This document shows positions 28,022 through 42,039 of a DNA stretch of 64,000 bases, piece by piece (the stretch's first letter is position 1; every line of letters begins with the position of its first letter). This DNA is from Nemertoderma westbladi (lineage: Eukaryota; Animalia; Xenacoelomorpha). The notes beneath the pieces were generated by a model. The model was not told the origin of the DNA. It made no database searches and was given only the letters and a program-made list of their open reading frames with translations. Where the stretch lies: contig JAUCBJ010005549.1 in assembly GCA_032718475.1 (NCBI GenBank), positions 1 to 64,000 of the forward strand, in the 5' to 3' direction. Made by a program: the position numbers and the translations under genes.

Positions 28022-29145
28022 TAGTAACCGGGTGCAGCGGGGAGTCCGGATACTCAAATTAGTAACCGGGTAGAGCGGGGAGTCCGGGTAATCAAATTAG
28101 TAACCGGCTGCAGCGGGGAAAACGAATAATCAAATTAGTAACCGGCTGCAGCGGGGAGACCGAATCATCAAATTAGTAACCGGCTGCAGCGGGGAGTCCG
28201 GATAATCAAATTAGTAACCGGCTGCAGCGGGGAGTCCGGATAATCAATTTAGTAACCGGCTGCAGCAGGGAGACCGAATAATCAAATTAGTAACCGGCTG
28301 CAGCGGGGAGACCGAATAATCAAATTAATAACCGGCTGCAGCGGGGAGTCTGGGTAATCAAATTAGTAACCGGGTGAAGCGGGGAGTCCGGATAATCAAA
28401 TTAGTAACCGGGTGAAGCGGGGAGTCCGGATAATCAAATTAGTAACCGGGTGCAGCGGGGAGTCCGGATAATTAAATTAGTAACCGGTTATAGCGGGGAG
28501 TCCGGATAATCAAATTAGTAACCGGGTGTAGCGGGGAGTCCGGATAATCAAATTAGTAACCGGCTGCAGCGGGGAGACCGAATAATCAAATTAGTAAGCG
28601 GGTGCAGCGGGGAGTCCGGATAATCAAATTAGTAACCGGGTGCAGCGGGGAGTCCGGATAATCAAATTAGTATCCGGGTAGAGCGGGGAGTCCGGGTAAT
28701 CAAATTAGTAACCGGGTAGAGCGGGGAGTCCGGGTAATGAAAGTTCAATTTTTCACATTGAGATTCCAATAAAATGAATTTGTTTAAAAATAATACAATT
28801 CTAACCAAGCTTGTTGATCAAAAGCCAAATCAAAATAAATCAAACAAATCAATCAAAAACAATTTCGAAAATTGTTTAAGAAATGATTGCCATGATTACA
28901 TGAAAAAAGCCAATAATTAGAGACAAATTCCTTCAAAATTTAAATTTTCCCGTGCAACTTCTCACACATTCCATAGAGGATAAATCATCCGTTCCAACAT
29001 AAACACAACAACCCTATGATGGGTCCTTTTTCTTGTTATCCATTTTGTTACATCCAGCCAGTAGTGGTTCTGGGATTTCTAATTTTTTTGAATAATGTTA
29101 GACATCATTATTTACTAACATAATTTTTCTCTTCCACTACTGTAG

Positions 29146-29501
29146 CGTTATCTAGACTCCATGTAAACGAAAGGCTGAATGCCGGTGAATTCAGAAGATC
29201 TGCTGTGGGATACACTCTCCACCAACAACCCGATGGTAACCTTGTACTGTATTGCCCTGGAATGAAACCGCTATGGAATTCAGGAACGGTAGGGAATGCG
29301 GGTGCTTATACAGCTTTACAGTCTGATTGTAATCTGGTCATCTACAGTAGTGATGGAAATGTGTTATGGAGTAATCAACGATCTCAATCACCTTGTAACA
29401 CTCCTTGGTTGAATGTTCAGGATGATGGCAACCTCGTTGAATATAAAGATGATGGTCTAACACTTGTATGGGCGACCATGACCAGTGGTGGAATATGTTA
29501 A
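29146..29501 (+). CDS. Bulb-type (B) mannose-binding lectin domain, terminal exon
   Basis: Acceptor CTGTAG with branch-like CTAAC upstream. Three QxDxNxVxY motifs (QPDGNLVLY, QSDCNLVIY, QDDGNLVEY). Ends at TAA. Confidence 0.85.
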
Positions 29502-29940
29502 CGAAATTAACCGAGATAATGAAATGTGTGTCAATAATCTTTTACTGTATCTGCTTTAAGCTACCGGTAATTAATTAATTATTTTGCATTTCTAAAGACA
29601 TCAGTGTGCCAAGAAGCAAGTCTTCATATATTATAAATTATTTTATTAACAACAACAAAAACGATTGGTACCATTAGCGTCGCCTTTTGATTCTCTACAG
29701 AAATGTTACCTACTGAGTTTCCCTATCTAAATAGTAAGCTCATACAAAGGCTATAAAAAATGTGTCCACCATGCAGTAATGAGTCTACCATTACATCGCA
29801 GTGCATTAGTGTAGTAGACAATCCACTACAGTAACGCCATTTAATCAAAATTACTGCAGTGGACAGTCTAGTTGTTTATGCCAGGTTACGCTGTGAAAAA
29901 TACTCACAGACTGTATTAAAGTGTATATAATATGTGTAAA

Positions 29941-30181
29941 TTAGATTGAAGAATGGGGTAGTGGGAGTGGAGAAAGGGGTAGTGGGATTGAAGAATGGGG
30001 TAGTGGGAGTGGAGAAATGGGTAATGGGAGTAGAGAAATGGGTAATGGGAGTTGATTAAAGGGGTAGTGGGAGTGGAGAAATGGGTAGTTAGATTGAAGA
30101 ATGGGGTAGTGGGAGTGGAGAATGGGGTAGTGGGAGTGGAGAATGGGGTAGTGGGAGTGGTGAATGGGGTAGTGGGAGTGA
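29941..30181. repeat. 21-bp G-rich minisatellite
   Basis: Unit GAATGGGGTAGTGGGAGTGGA, ~11 copies. Confidence 0.9.
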
Positions 30182-30509
30182 AGATATTGAAATATTCCGA
30201 AATATTGTTCGTTAATCGCCATTATGTAAACAAACCCCATGCATTTGCTTTGTATATTTGATAATGCTTTGTACGCGAAATTAATATTATATTTTATACA
30301 TGTTGGAACCAATTAGATCTGGTTTTTATTCTTCGGGTTTTTACAGTTTGTGATTTTGTAAATGTATTTTGTACAGTGTATTGCTTTAAAATTAACGGTT
30401 TCACTGCTAATTGTACCGTGAATTTGACTGATTTTTTGATTATTTTTATTAGGTAATCTGTCTACTAACGGTACGTCCTTACTGCATTGCCAGTAGACCG
30501 GCTTGCCGA

Positions 30510-30723
30510 TTCCAAATCCTTACTCTACTAGGAACACCTCTTGCATTAACACATGGAATTGGTTAATGAACTATTATTTGATTGGACGTTGAAATCATGT
30601 AAGGAATGGGTAGGGGGGTCGAACTATTGTAAGGGTTTTATATAGATTTATACTCAGTTGGCAGGTATAAAATGTTCCAAACGTTGTACGGAATGGACAA
30701 ATTGGGTGAAATCGTGTAAGGGT
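30510..30723. repeat. Left arm of a ~210-bp inverted pair (partner 43919-44123)
   Basis: Diverged reverse complement of 43919-44123. Confidence 0.75.
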
Positions 30724-31184
30724 TATTATACCAACAGTATTACAAGAGTACACTTAGACTAACATACGTGATATTATTATAGGCAGTAGAACACGTTCTA
30801 CTGCCCATTGCCTACTCTTGTGCTAACCGCCTCAACTTAATTTGGCGATTATTAAAGCACAATTTAGGTATTAATTCAGTACATTTATAGAGAAATATAA
30901 ATGAAATTAGCACAAATACATATTAAATTTAAATGATATCAAGAAACGGCAAATTCATGTTCGTGTTTTATAGAAGTTTGCCACCGTAAATTAATATGCT
31001 AAGGTTTTATTATAAAAATTACGTAAGTAGGGCTACATACTGGATAAAATCGGTTGAATATAAGTAAACTTGTGTATTTAATTTACCCTATCTAATTACG
31101 ATTGTACATTAATTATTGTAATAATTATTGTATACTGTATGATGGGTTGTTTTAGTACACAACGCCATATATCGTAACAAGCCC

Positions 31185-31459
31185 CATGGAGAAAATAAGC
31201 ATAATGAACAGCCAATGAATTTCGAGAGACACCTCCTAAAGGAAACTGCCCTTGAAGGTGCCGATAATCTCGCGGAAGTCACGGGGGATTGGGAGTTGTG
31301 GCGGTGCAACTTTGTTGATAAGCCGGCATATCATTCTTAACGCACGCTGCATTGGGCTTGCCAATTGTGGATTGCATGGTGGTGACAAAATGTTTTTGTT
31401 AAGCTGGCATAGCATCATAATGTGCAGTTTCAATGCAGCAGGCCGATTATAGTAGTAGT
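31185..31459 (+). mobile_element. Old RTE 3' fragment
   Basis: Diverged match to the RTE 3' end, with an AGTAGTAGT tail. Confidence 0.6.
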
Positions 31460-32685
31460 TGCTTAGGAATAGTCGGTCTGCTATTCGTGTGCATCGAACT
31501 GTACTATCGCGAGGACGAGTAGCTCTTACATTAAACGGATGCGTGCTGTGTTGCTGGCCAACCTCATGTGGTACTGATAAGATTTAATGCGCTAAAAAAC
31601 GCTCAAGAAACCGGTCGATAAATGTAAATGCAAATCGAACAAAAAATGCTAAAGGATATTGCAAAAATTATGAGTTTATTTCATTGGAGCTTTTTATGTT
31701 TACATATTGTGAAATGCTTTTACAATTTAAAGTGAATGAATTTCAATATTTATGTAAGCGGATTCAATTCCCTACACCATCCACCGAAAATGGGACCAGT
31801 GGCATTTTACCAATATAGTTGGCGATGCGAGATTACCAATAAATAATCTCGCCTCATAACCAACTCGGGGGGGGGGGGCGACACACGCCCTAAGCCACAG
31901 AGAGAGGTGAGAGGTCAAACCACCTCAGAGGGACAACCCAGCTAGCGAGGCGAGCATCAGGGAGTAACACCTACAGGGAGTGGCGAAGTGACAATTAGTA
32001 TATAAGCCAATAGCGGGCAGGGAAGCACGTGGGGAAGGATAGGAGGGCATCCATTGGGTACCAAAGGCCACAGTAGCATAGAGGTGAAACCAACATGTAT
32101 CAACCATATAGTTACTCTGATTACTGATTTACCGGTCAGTTCAATATCACACAGTTGCGGACCGGCATAGTTTTGACCGTCATTTCATATGTGCTGCTGT
32201 CGTCATTTATGCTATACTGATTATTGTTACTATACCTGTATACATCTGACTGTGCTATTATTTCTGAGATTATTAATACTGAGAAACAAACTCTGTTATT
32301 TTCCCCAACGGCCTTCGGCTAAAGATATTAGCTCAGCAGCCCAGCAGCCAAGTGACGCGTACAATCTTACCCGGTCGGGATCTCAGACTCGATCCCGTCA
32401 CAGTCAAAACTTCCAACAACAGCTGTGACCACAACCTGAGGAGGAAAGAGGCCCAAAGATGAGCGAACAGACAACCCGAGAATCGGAGGGAGAAAGAACG
32501 CTGCCGTAGACCCCGGATGACACCAACCAAACGATCCGAGAGGCCGCAACGAGAGGATACTGGCCCGCCACCCCAGACTCGCCAGCGAGGGACAATCCGG
32601 ATACCCATGCGGAGGGCGGCTGACAACAAGGAGGGAAAGTCAACGAGGAGTCGACGCGAGGTGACGATGGCGGTCGGAGTACCGA

Positions 32686-34461
32686 CTACTACTACTAGGA
32701 TCGGCATTCTGCATTGCAGCTGCATTTTTAAGAATGCTGTGCCGGCTTGTCAACAAAATTGCACTGCCACAACTCCATATCACCCATGACATTTGCTAGA
32801 TCATCCGCATCTTTAAGGCCAGTGTCCTTTAAGATGCGTCTCAAGAAAGTCATGGGCTGTCCACCATGCTTATTCACTCCATGAGGCTGCCAAAGTACAA
32901 GATTATGCACTGGCTGGTCCTCACGGCGAAAGCAATGTCCTGCAAAGCGGAGGCAATTTTGTTCTAGTGTCAAGCTTGGGGGAACCAATGAGACACCTCC
33001 AATGTTATATAGTGTCTGGTTGGAGATGTGTGCATTGTACTTGACACAATGAACCCGGCGTAGCATTCTTGTGAATGTGCCATCCAGAGATTTGGTGTCC
33101 TCAGAAGTTAGAGCCCAGCATGGACTCCCGTAGAGGAGTACTGGAACTACTGCTGCTCTAAATAATCGGACCTTAAGTTTCCGATTAATTCTCGGTGACT
33201 TCCAAATCCTGGAAAGCCTATTCAAGGCTGCCCATGCCTTTCCCTTACGTATTCGAAGGTCCTCACCTGACTTCCGGATCCATGATCCCAGGTAACAGAA
33301 GTCGTCCACATGCTCAAGCATACCATCCTTTGAGCTTATGCTCATCCGATCAGAGACTTGCTGAGGACTTTCAAAGTTAACGGTCAGAATTTTGGTCTTT
33401 CTGGAGTTAATAAAAAGACCAACACTAGAAGCAGCATGTTCTAATGAGCTGAGGAGCCGTTGGGCTCCCTCTAATGATTCTGAGAGTACTCCTAAGTCAT
33501 CAGCAAAGTCTAGATCAGTTAGGTACTTGGCAGGATTTCCTCGACTTCTGGAGCCAGTAGGTGGAGTTATCATCACCCCATCATCATTATGATGATCTAA
33601 GGACATGCGTAGAACATAGTCAACCACAATAATGAACAAGAATGGTGCAAGTGTGTCTCCTTGGAGGACGCCCCATAACACTTCAAATGGTTCTGTGTCA
33701 CCATCTACAGTAGACACAAATGTTGTCGAACCATCGTATACTGATCTGATTGCTGCAATAATTTCATCAGGAATCCCATATAATGAAAGTATGCTGAACA
33801 TACGTGAGCGAGAGACTGAATCAAAGGCCTTGAAGAAGTCAACAAAGATAACAGCCAGATGCCTGTCTTTCTTTTTTGATAATTCTTCAATTATCCTTCT
33901 AAGTGCCAAAATGGGCTCCATGGTCCCACGACCTTTACGGAACCCATTCTGATTTCCACGGAGCAGTCTCTCAATGGGATCCCTAATGCGATTTAATAGA
34001 ATCCTATTGTATAGCTTTGCAGCAATCGAGATCAATGAGATTCCCCGGAAAGAACCATAGAGTGTTAGGTTGCCCTTCTTGGGAACTGGCACCAACTTAT
34101 TTGTTTTCATTTCTTGTGGGACTCTTGTTGTTCGGTACATGTCTACTATGATGGGATAGATGAGCTTTAAACACTCAGGTATTTTAAAGACCTCAGGGGG
34201 AACACAATCTACTCCACTGGCACGATTGGTCTTAATGCTCTTTGCAGCAGCCTTCACTTCTGCAAAGGAGATATCGCCAATGGGAATATCTGGGAGTACA
34301 GACTCAGACACTTTTACTTCTATAAAGTTATCAAGCAATACCCTGTCGTTATTGAGGAGCTTTTCAAAGTGGGCTTTCCAACCATTGAGGCGATCGGCTG
34401 GTGATTCAGCCTTAACCTTGGTGGTTGGTTGGCTTTTCCGCCCAGTAAGCAGATTGATTGA
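32686..34461 (-). mobile_element. 5'-truncated RTE-clade LINE with open RT frame
   Basis: FRGISL, QNGFR, DFFKAFDSV, GVLQGDTLAP and DFADD. (ACT)n tail. TSD GGAGTACCGA at 32676-32685 and 34462-34471. Confidence 0.92.
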
Positions 34462-35542
34462 GGAGTACCGAAGTAGCCGGCCAACCACAGGCCGAGGGCG
34501 ACGAACAGCCCACTGGAACGGTGACGGTGGGGCCGACAGGACGATGCCGGACGAGGTGGGAAGGTAGAGTCAACGAGGAGGACGTCGGGAAGAGTGATCA
34601 CCTGCGACGGGCGTACAACGCCATGAAGAAGATACTAAAGGTCGCCAAAGAAGGGAGAAAGGTAGACCAGCCTAAACTATATCAGAGGCTAGGTGAGTCC
34701 AATAAACATTTCTGTTATTTAGTCCGTTTTGGACAAGGGGAACGGGTAAGTGAGAGGGCGAGGGGGTCGCCACGGAACTGTTTGAATTGTGGCGGTCCGT
34801 GGTGATGGAACCAGAGGTGGTGTACATAGGGCCTTACTTAGTAGATGCCAGGGGAATTAAATTAGTGGGATGGGCGGACCCGTACGACGGCGAATCCGAG
34901 GTTAACCCCGAAGATTCAGTGTCGTCGGTTTGTAGGAACCCCAGCGAACGGTCGAAAATTACTAGGACAGAGAGGCGATGGGAGTCCGTCGCGACCGTAA
35001 CTGCTGCATCCTCCGTGAAAGCAAGACGGGTGTTAGAGATAGATCTGGCATGTCAATTAGACATTGTTGCGCTAGATCAAAAGGAACAAGAAAGGCAGTT
35101 GGATGAGGGAACTGCATTACTAGAGAGGGAGAGAGAATTAGCGAGAGAGTGCAAAGAGATGGCCGAGAGGGTGGCGAGAAACTATAGGGAGCGGGAGGAG
35201 GGAACGTAGCTGCCGATCGAGAATATGGTAGTCGCGGGGAGGACTTCTTGGAATACTCGAGAAGATTAAACTTCAGTCCGGAAGGACACAGGCAGACTGC
35301 AGGACATACTGTAGGCCTTACTGCACATACTATAGGCCATGCTGGGAGAGAAGGTGTCGACGATAGGGTAGCGCGGATGGCAGGATTAAACCCGGAAGTC
35401 GTGGCGTACATACCGGTCAGTAGGCAAGAAGTGGATAGGCCTATACCGGTACCTGCACACCAGTATGACTATAACATGCAGGGATATAATATATACCCAG
35501 GGGAGGGGGGGGGGTATTGCCGATAGGTGCGTGGGCCCTAAC

Positions 35543-38500
35543 TGTTGTATATGTATTAGGCCATGGTTTTATCTGTCTGTATGTGTAACTTATAGGTATG
35601 GAATAATCTATCTATATATATAGCGGTACCTAAGTTGAGAATATAATACCAGCCCATTGTCCAAGTATAGTTGATCATGCATCGATCGAAATTGTTGAAC
35701 ATATATTGGTGCTTTGTTTAGATTAACGAAATCAGTAGATTTTGCTTGTATTAGGGATTGATAATCTTCATCTTGTTCAGCCGCTTTCTGTAATTCTTTA
35801 ATTAAGGGATCTGTGCAATAATTTTCTTCTGTTAGACTAATTAATGCAATATGTGTCGATGAATTTTGGGGAGGTTGGGTGTCTTCGTCATTGCCATTGG
35901 AAGGATTATCTACTGGAGCCCGGCTGAGAGCATCGGCAATTGAGTGATTTTTTCCTTTACACCATGCCACGGAGAATTGATATCATGATTGTAAATCAGA
36001 TTTAATTCGTTGGAGGCGTGCGTTTTCGATTTGACCAATTGTATAATTATTGAATATAGTCAATAGAGGGCGATGATCAGTGACAACTACAAAATGGGAT
36101 AAGCCTGCCACATATAGGTTACACTTAGTAATTGCGTATTTCATGGCTAAAGCCTCTAGTTCAATCGTCGAATATCGCGATTCTGCATCGCTCAAATATC
36201 TGCTTCCGCATAACACTAATCGCCATTGAGAACTATGTTTTTGAAGCAGAACGAACCCCAGACCGTATAGTCTTGAAGCATCTGTCTCTATATGGGTTTC
36301 TTTACTCGCATCAAAATGGGCTAAAATTGGGGAACTTGTGAGTACTTTCTTCACATCCTGAAATGCGATAGAGTGATTTTCTAGCCAGATGTATTCATTA
36401 CGTGTTTTCAGCAAGTCACGTAATGGTATTGTTACCTCGGATATTTTATCATTGAAGTTCCCCAGCTGATTGACCATTCCCAGAAATGATCTCAGTTCAC
36501 TAATATTTCGGGGTTCCGGAAAGTCTATGATGGCCTTTACTTTATCGGGTACGACCTCTATGCCATCAGTTGATATGATAAAACCTGCGAATTTAACACG
36601 ATGCAGTGCTAACTTAAACTTACGTTGATTGAGAGTTACACCAAACTCTCTGCATCTTTCTAAGAGTTCTTCAACACGACGAATATGGGTATCAAGATCT
36701 TTATCGACTATGAGAATGTCGTCTACTATCTTATGGATATTCTCAATTCCATCGAATGCTAAATCTGCCCTTAGATTAAAACTATCCCCTGTGGCAATGT
36801 AGCCCATTGGGGCACGGCAATATCTAAATCGCCCCCAGGGTGTTATAAATGTTGTATAATCACAACTATTTTCATCCAGTGCCAGTTGCCAATACCCATG
36901 CACCGCATCCACTTTCGTAAACCACAAAGAATTCTATCTCTGATACCACATCAAATGGTGATTTTGCATTATGTACTGGGCGTTTTACTTGGCAATTTAA
37001 TTTTGTAAAATCTGCCGTTATTCGTATCCCTCCACATGGTTTAGGTACGCAGACCATGGGATGACACCAGGCCACTGGCCTGTCTCCTATTCGCTCAATA
37101 ATTAATACCTGCTTCCAGCATATTATCGATGGATTTCTTTGCCTCTTCACGATAGGAGAATGGTATTGTTCTAGCAGTATGAACTGCAAACGGTTTTGCA
37201 TTTTCTTGTAATTCAATAGTCATGGGGGGCCCTCCCATGACTCGCAACTCACCTTTTGATTTAAATACATCAGAAAATTTTGACAATAATTCTGTTTCTG
37301 TAATTTTAATGAAATTTTGTTCTGAGACATTATTACAATTCAATTCTTGCTGTGATGCTGTAGAAGTTTGTACAGCAGGTACAATGTTAGGTAATTGTAC
37401 TGGGAAGTTTTCATAAACTAAGCCCAAACCAATACATGCGCTAAGAGAAATATAAACATCCTTATCTGGAATATTTCTACAAAAAATAAAAGTTTCTTTG
37501 TGTTTCTGTGATCCCAACATAATAAATAAGTCAAAGCATCCAATCACGTCTAATTTGGATCCATTAACACCTTCAACAGTTTCATTAAATTTATTTAACT
37601 TTGATTCATCGATGCCAAGACTAGTTAACATTGAAATACCAGCTACAGTGGCCTGAGCACCAGTGTCGGATGTAATACATTGTTCGCCTAGGAATGTATT
37701 ATTCAATGTATAAACGTTTACTGTAATTATTGGTTTCTTTCTAGAGCTTACCTGTTTATTACTGGTATCAGTTGGTGCTATTATAACAGCTGAACTTGAT
37801 TTATTGTAGGATGAATTGCCACCTCCGCCTGTATTCCTAGTGGATGTTAGGCAGGCTCGATCAAAGTGTCCCTTCTTCTTGCATTTACGACAAGTTTTTC
37901 CTGAGGCTGGGCAAGGTCTCCCATATTGGTGGGGATAATTGCCACCGCAGAAATAACAAAGTTTCTTGGCTTGAATGTTTGTGCTTTCCATAGAGTGACT
38001 TTGTTTCCGTTCCTTCCATCTGTCCCATTTCCGACCCCTGCTCATGCTGCGACCTGAAATTTTTTGTCATGTTCTTTTTCTTGCCCTGATTTATTAATGT
38101 TAATTGTTTTTCCACCAGATGCTGATCGGAGTTTTTCATCATCCTGCTTTGCTGTCTCCATGTTCCGACAGAGAGTTAAGGTCTCGTCTAGGGTTAAAGC
38201 TGGCTTTTTACTCAATAACTCTTGGCGTACTTCATCGTCATTTATGCCACAGGTTATAAGTGTAGTGAGCCAATCGTCTTGAGTCATTGACGCTAATTCG
38301 GCGGTGTCAGCCAATTCGCGCAATTTTAAATAATAATCATCAAATAATTCTCGATCCTTTTGGGTTCGCCTTACCAGTTGAAAACGGTCTACTGCTACAT
38401 TGCATTTTCCCTTTAAGTATAGTCGAATTTGGATGAGAACTTCTTTGAGAGTCATCTCAGTGTCCTGTGGGATTCTCATAATTGTTTTAATTCGTTCCAA

Positions 38501-39589
38501 AAGATCGGGAGAGCAATAAGACCAGAACATTGCTAATTGTTCCTATCTGGTGCGTTCGCGAAGTTTAACCACAGTTTCATAATTGGCCCAGGATGGTTCC
38601 CAACGTTTAAATGTTTTGTAGTCCACAGTATCCATTAAGGTGTCTGGGATTTTAGCAGTTGCTTTAACTGTATCTCGAGGATTTCTTACAGGGTTTATTG
38701 GATCCCCGTCTCTTGGAGTTCCATCAGTGCCTGAAGAAGAAGGAAGTCGAAGTGATTGCAGAAGAGACTTCATTTCTTCATCCCGGATTCGACTTTCCTG
38801 CTCCTGGTGCCTCCTGTCTTCTTCACGTTGTTGCAGCATGTGTGCAAACATCCTCTGCATCATAGATAGCGTATCCGAATCCTGTTCTACTGGATGTTGC
38901 CGGTAGGCTCCTCTTGAATCTTCCTTAGACATAGCTGTAATGTTATCGTGGTGTTTTTGTATTGCCACTTTTAGCATACTACACATTCGCGCTGTTGACT
39001 GTTTAGAATCCCACTGCATGGACAAAACATCGAATGCCGCGTGGATTTCCTCACGAGATAGCCGTTCTATCTCATCATTGGAGAGTTGGAGAGTCTCATC
39101 TAGCGTTCTCTCCATCATCAGTATAAGTTTACCGAACCGTAAGTGGCTTAGGCCTACTGTTTATGGATGTAGATAAATAGGCCTACTGGCATAGGCTACT
39201 AGGCTAGTCTGGCGGATTGGTCGGTAATTATGTATATCAACGTTCGCAAAGTTGGTACCGGTAGTGGAGAATCTGGTAGGTTCAGCAGTACGTTTTTACC
39301 GGTACCAGTATAGTGGTTATGTGAACAGCCCCCCTTATAGCAGGCGGTAGAGTATATGTAGATGATTTAAAATTAAAAGATCAGTAGAGTTCGAATATCT
39401 AAACACTGACTGCGCCATGCTGTGTTGTTGAACCATAGTTCATAAATAATAAGATAAGTAGTCTGACTGACAGACTGACTGATATATATATTCTCAACTT
39501 AGCTACCGGTATATATATAGATAGATTATTCCGTACCTATAAGTTACACATACAGACAGATAAATCCATGGCCTAATACATATACAACA
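35543..39589 (-). mobile_element. Gypsy (Mag-like) element: gag-PR-RT-RNase H, no integrase, inverted ends
   Basis: 5' LTR 39418-39589 and [30 protein letters not shown] knuckle, DTGA protease, IVDD RT, ETDAS RNase H, with stops and frameshifts. TSD CTAAC. Confidence 0.9.
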
Positions 39590-42039
39590 CTAACATGTTA
39601 ACATCAACCCCAGCACCAAACATAACACTGGTGGGTGGGGGGGGGGGGGGGGGACGGGACAGGGTGACATTCCCCCATTGCAGTATCAGCAATACACTCA
39701 GCCAAGAACAAAAACCCCAAACCCCTCAGACCCAAATAAGTCGTGCAACATGGAGATATGGAGGGGACTGTTACCCCCGATGATATATCCAACGCAAGGA
39801 AAGTCGACGGGTCCGATGGGGGAACCGCACCCAACAGCAAGGGAGTCTGTATCACAACCATCGAGCGCGCTGGAAGTACAAGCGATGGGAATGGCACCAC
39901 TCATCGACGCGCTAAAGACAAGGATCGAGCTACCGCCAGTGGAGCCGTTCAAATTCGATGGTAGTAAGCCGGAGGAATACATGCAATTCCGGCGTATGTA
40001 CAGCAATGAAATACTAATGAAGAACTTGACACAGGCGGAGTGCCTTAAATACTTACAAGTCTACACAGGGGGGCCAGCATACGACATCGTGAGGCAATAC
40101 CAAGGTATTGAAGGAGGATTCACGACTGCATGGCAAAGCCCTGGACAGGGAATTCGGGCATCCTGCGAAGATCATCCGACAAACCTTAAGAGGAATAACA
40201 TCAGGCGGACTACAGGATAACCCTGTCAGCATTAAGACCTTCGCGAATAAAGTCGAAAAGGTGCTGATTGTGTTAAAGACCCTAGATGCACCTTACGAAC
40301 TTAACACATCGAATAACATCACTACTGTACAATAGCGCAGGCACTACCGATCTGGCTGAGGAACAAGTGGAGAAAGATCGCCTTCTCCACCCAGGAGAAG
40401 AAAGATGAGGAGCCAGGGCTAGAGGAGATGTCGAACTTCCTTAATTATGAAGCAGAATTGATTACAGACCCAGTCTACAGCGAGGAGAGTTTGGGTAAGG
40501 TGCCGAAGGCAGAATGCAGCCAATCTAAACCAGAACATAGTTCGGCGGATGCATTTCCAAGAGTTAGACAGTTGCTACTGCATGTGGCCATGCAGGGGAC
40601 TTGTAGTCTATAAGCAGCTGGGAGTAGGGCCACACCGTGGCAGGGACAGAAGCAAAACAACAACACAAACAAATACAATCCCAATACCCCCAGCAGGCCG
40701 AGTCCAAATAACCAAAACACTAAACCGGTAGATATGAATCTACGTGCGATACAAGGTATGCTACGACCCCAGCTACAAATGTGAATTGCATAGAGATGGA
40801 ACCCATAAGACCATGGACTGTAAGCATTGTCAGGCGTTACTCAAACAAGTTCGCATAGCCTACGCTGATTAGAATGGACTATGTCATCGATGCGCGGTAG
40901 CAGGACACTGGAAGGATGAATGGCAGGAACCACTGATAGAATACGACGAGACTGATGAGACTGGAGGCCAGAGGCATTCTGGAGGCATTCTCACACCATT
41001 TGGATGGACGCTCACTGGCCCAATTAGGATGAGGATACCGTTTGGTGTGTCCGAGACATCAGGGTGCATGCTGTCCGGTACTGTTGAGGACATAGAGGAG
41101 AAACCAGAGACGGGCGATGGGGAGGTCCCATATGGGAAGCGGCCCGAGGAAGGACACCCGGAGTCGGGGATGGGTATGGATCTGGAACCATGCATAGTGG
41201 AGTGTGGTGACAGGGTGGAGGATAAGTCCAGAGAAATACCACCAATAGATGAGTGAGGAGAGGAAGCAACAGCAAGAGAGTGGGCGGAGGAGAATGGGTT
41301 CGACGCAGAGGACCTAGAGGCGATGGGATGGAACATAGATGTTCCGGGCGAGTATCGGTATGAGGATGGAGAAGAGTGGACGGCAAGACATCCGGAGAGA
41401 TGTCCGTATCAGACGCCGGTCAGTTGAGAAGCATGCCGATGGGGACAAGGTCGAGTAGGAGGACAGGGTGGAAGCGGAGAAAATGTGGGAAGATTAGACC
41501 AAGGGCAGAGAAGCCGATGATGAAACGTGACCAAGGAGGCAGGGAAGTTGGAGGAGGCTTGTTATACACACACATGGGGATGGCAGAGTGCGAAGGGGCA
41601 TTAAATGGTAAGCCATTATGCGTACCGAAGGATGACCGGGGGTCATCAGGGGCTTTACTGCCGGCGCACATATTGAGGGGGAGGCCAGCAGAGGTGGCAA
41701 ATACCAGTGAGGATGACATGAAGGGCGGCATTCAACCGCCAAATGACGACAAGATGGAGGGTGGCATTTTGCTGACAGGGGACCATGAGGAGACTAGTGA
41801 GATGACGAAAAGACCGGATTTAAGGGTGGAGGAGAAAGGAAGGTCAATCCCAAAAGAGTTGAAATTGACAAGGAGAGTGGGCCGAAGATTAAGAGGACCT
41901 ACAGGGGCGCATTGGGAGAGTTGCCTGCTGGAAGAATCGCCCTTAGGTTGTTGAGTCGTCCAATAAGTTGGACTGAGGGGGGTGGGAATGTGGGCGAGAC
42001 GCCCTTCCCACACACAAAATAAAAAAAAAATAAAAAATA

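Larger units (their letters stand above)
24200..28740. repeat. 38-bp satellite array split into three blocks (~24200-24631, 25878-26306, 28022-28740)
   Basis: Unit GGGGAGTCCGGATAATCAAATTAGTAACCGGGTGCAGC. Confidence 0.95.

Noticed and set aside
22537-28740. 68-bp and 38-bp arrays as CRISPR
   Set aside because: They are head-to-tail repeats without unique spacers.
29941-30312. HSHYPIL repeat ORF
   Set aside because: It is a translation of the 21-bp minisatellite.
34462-34488. N-terminus of the 586-aa RTE ORF
   Set aside because: It lies in and beyond the TSD, in host BEL sequence. The RTE is 5'-truncated.
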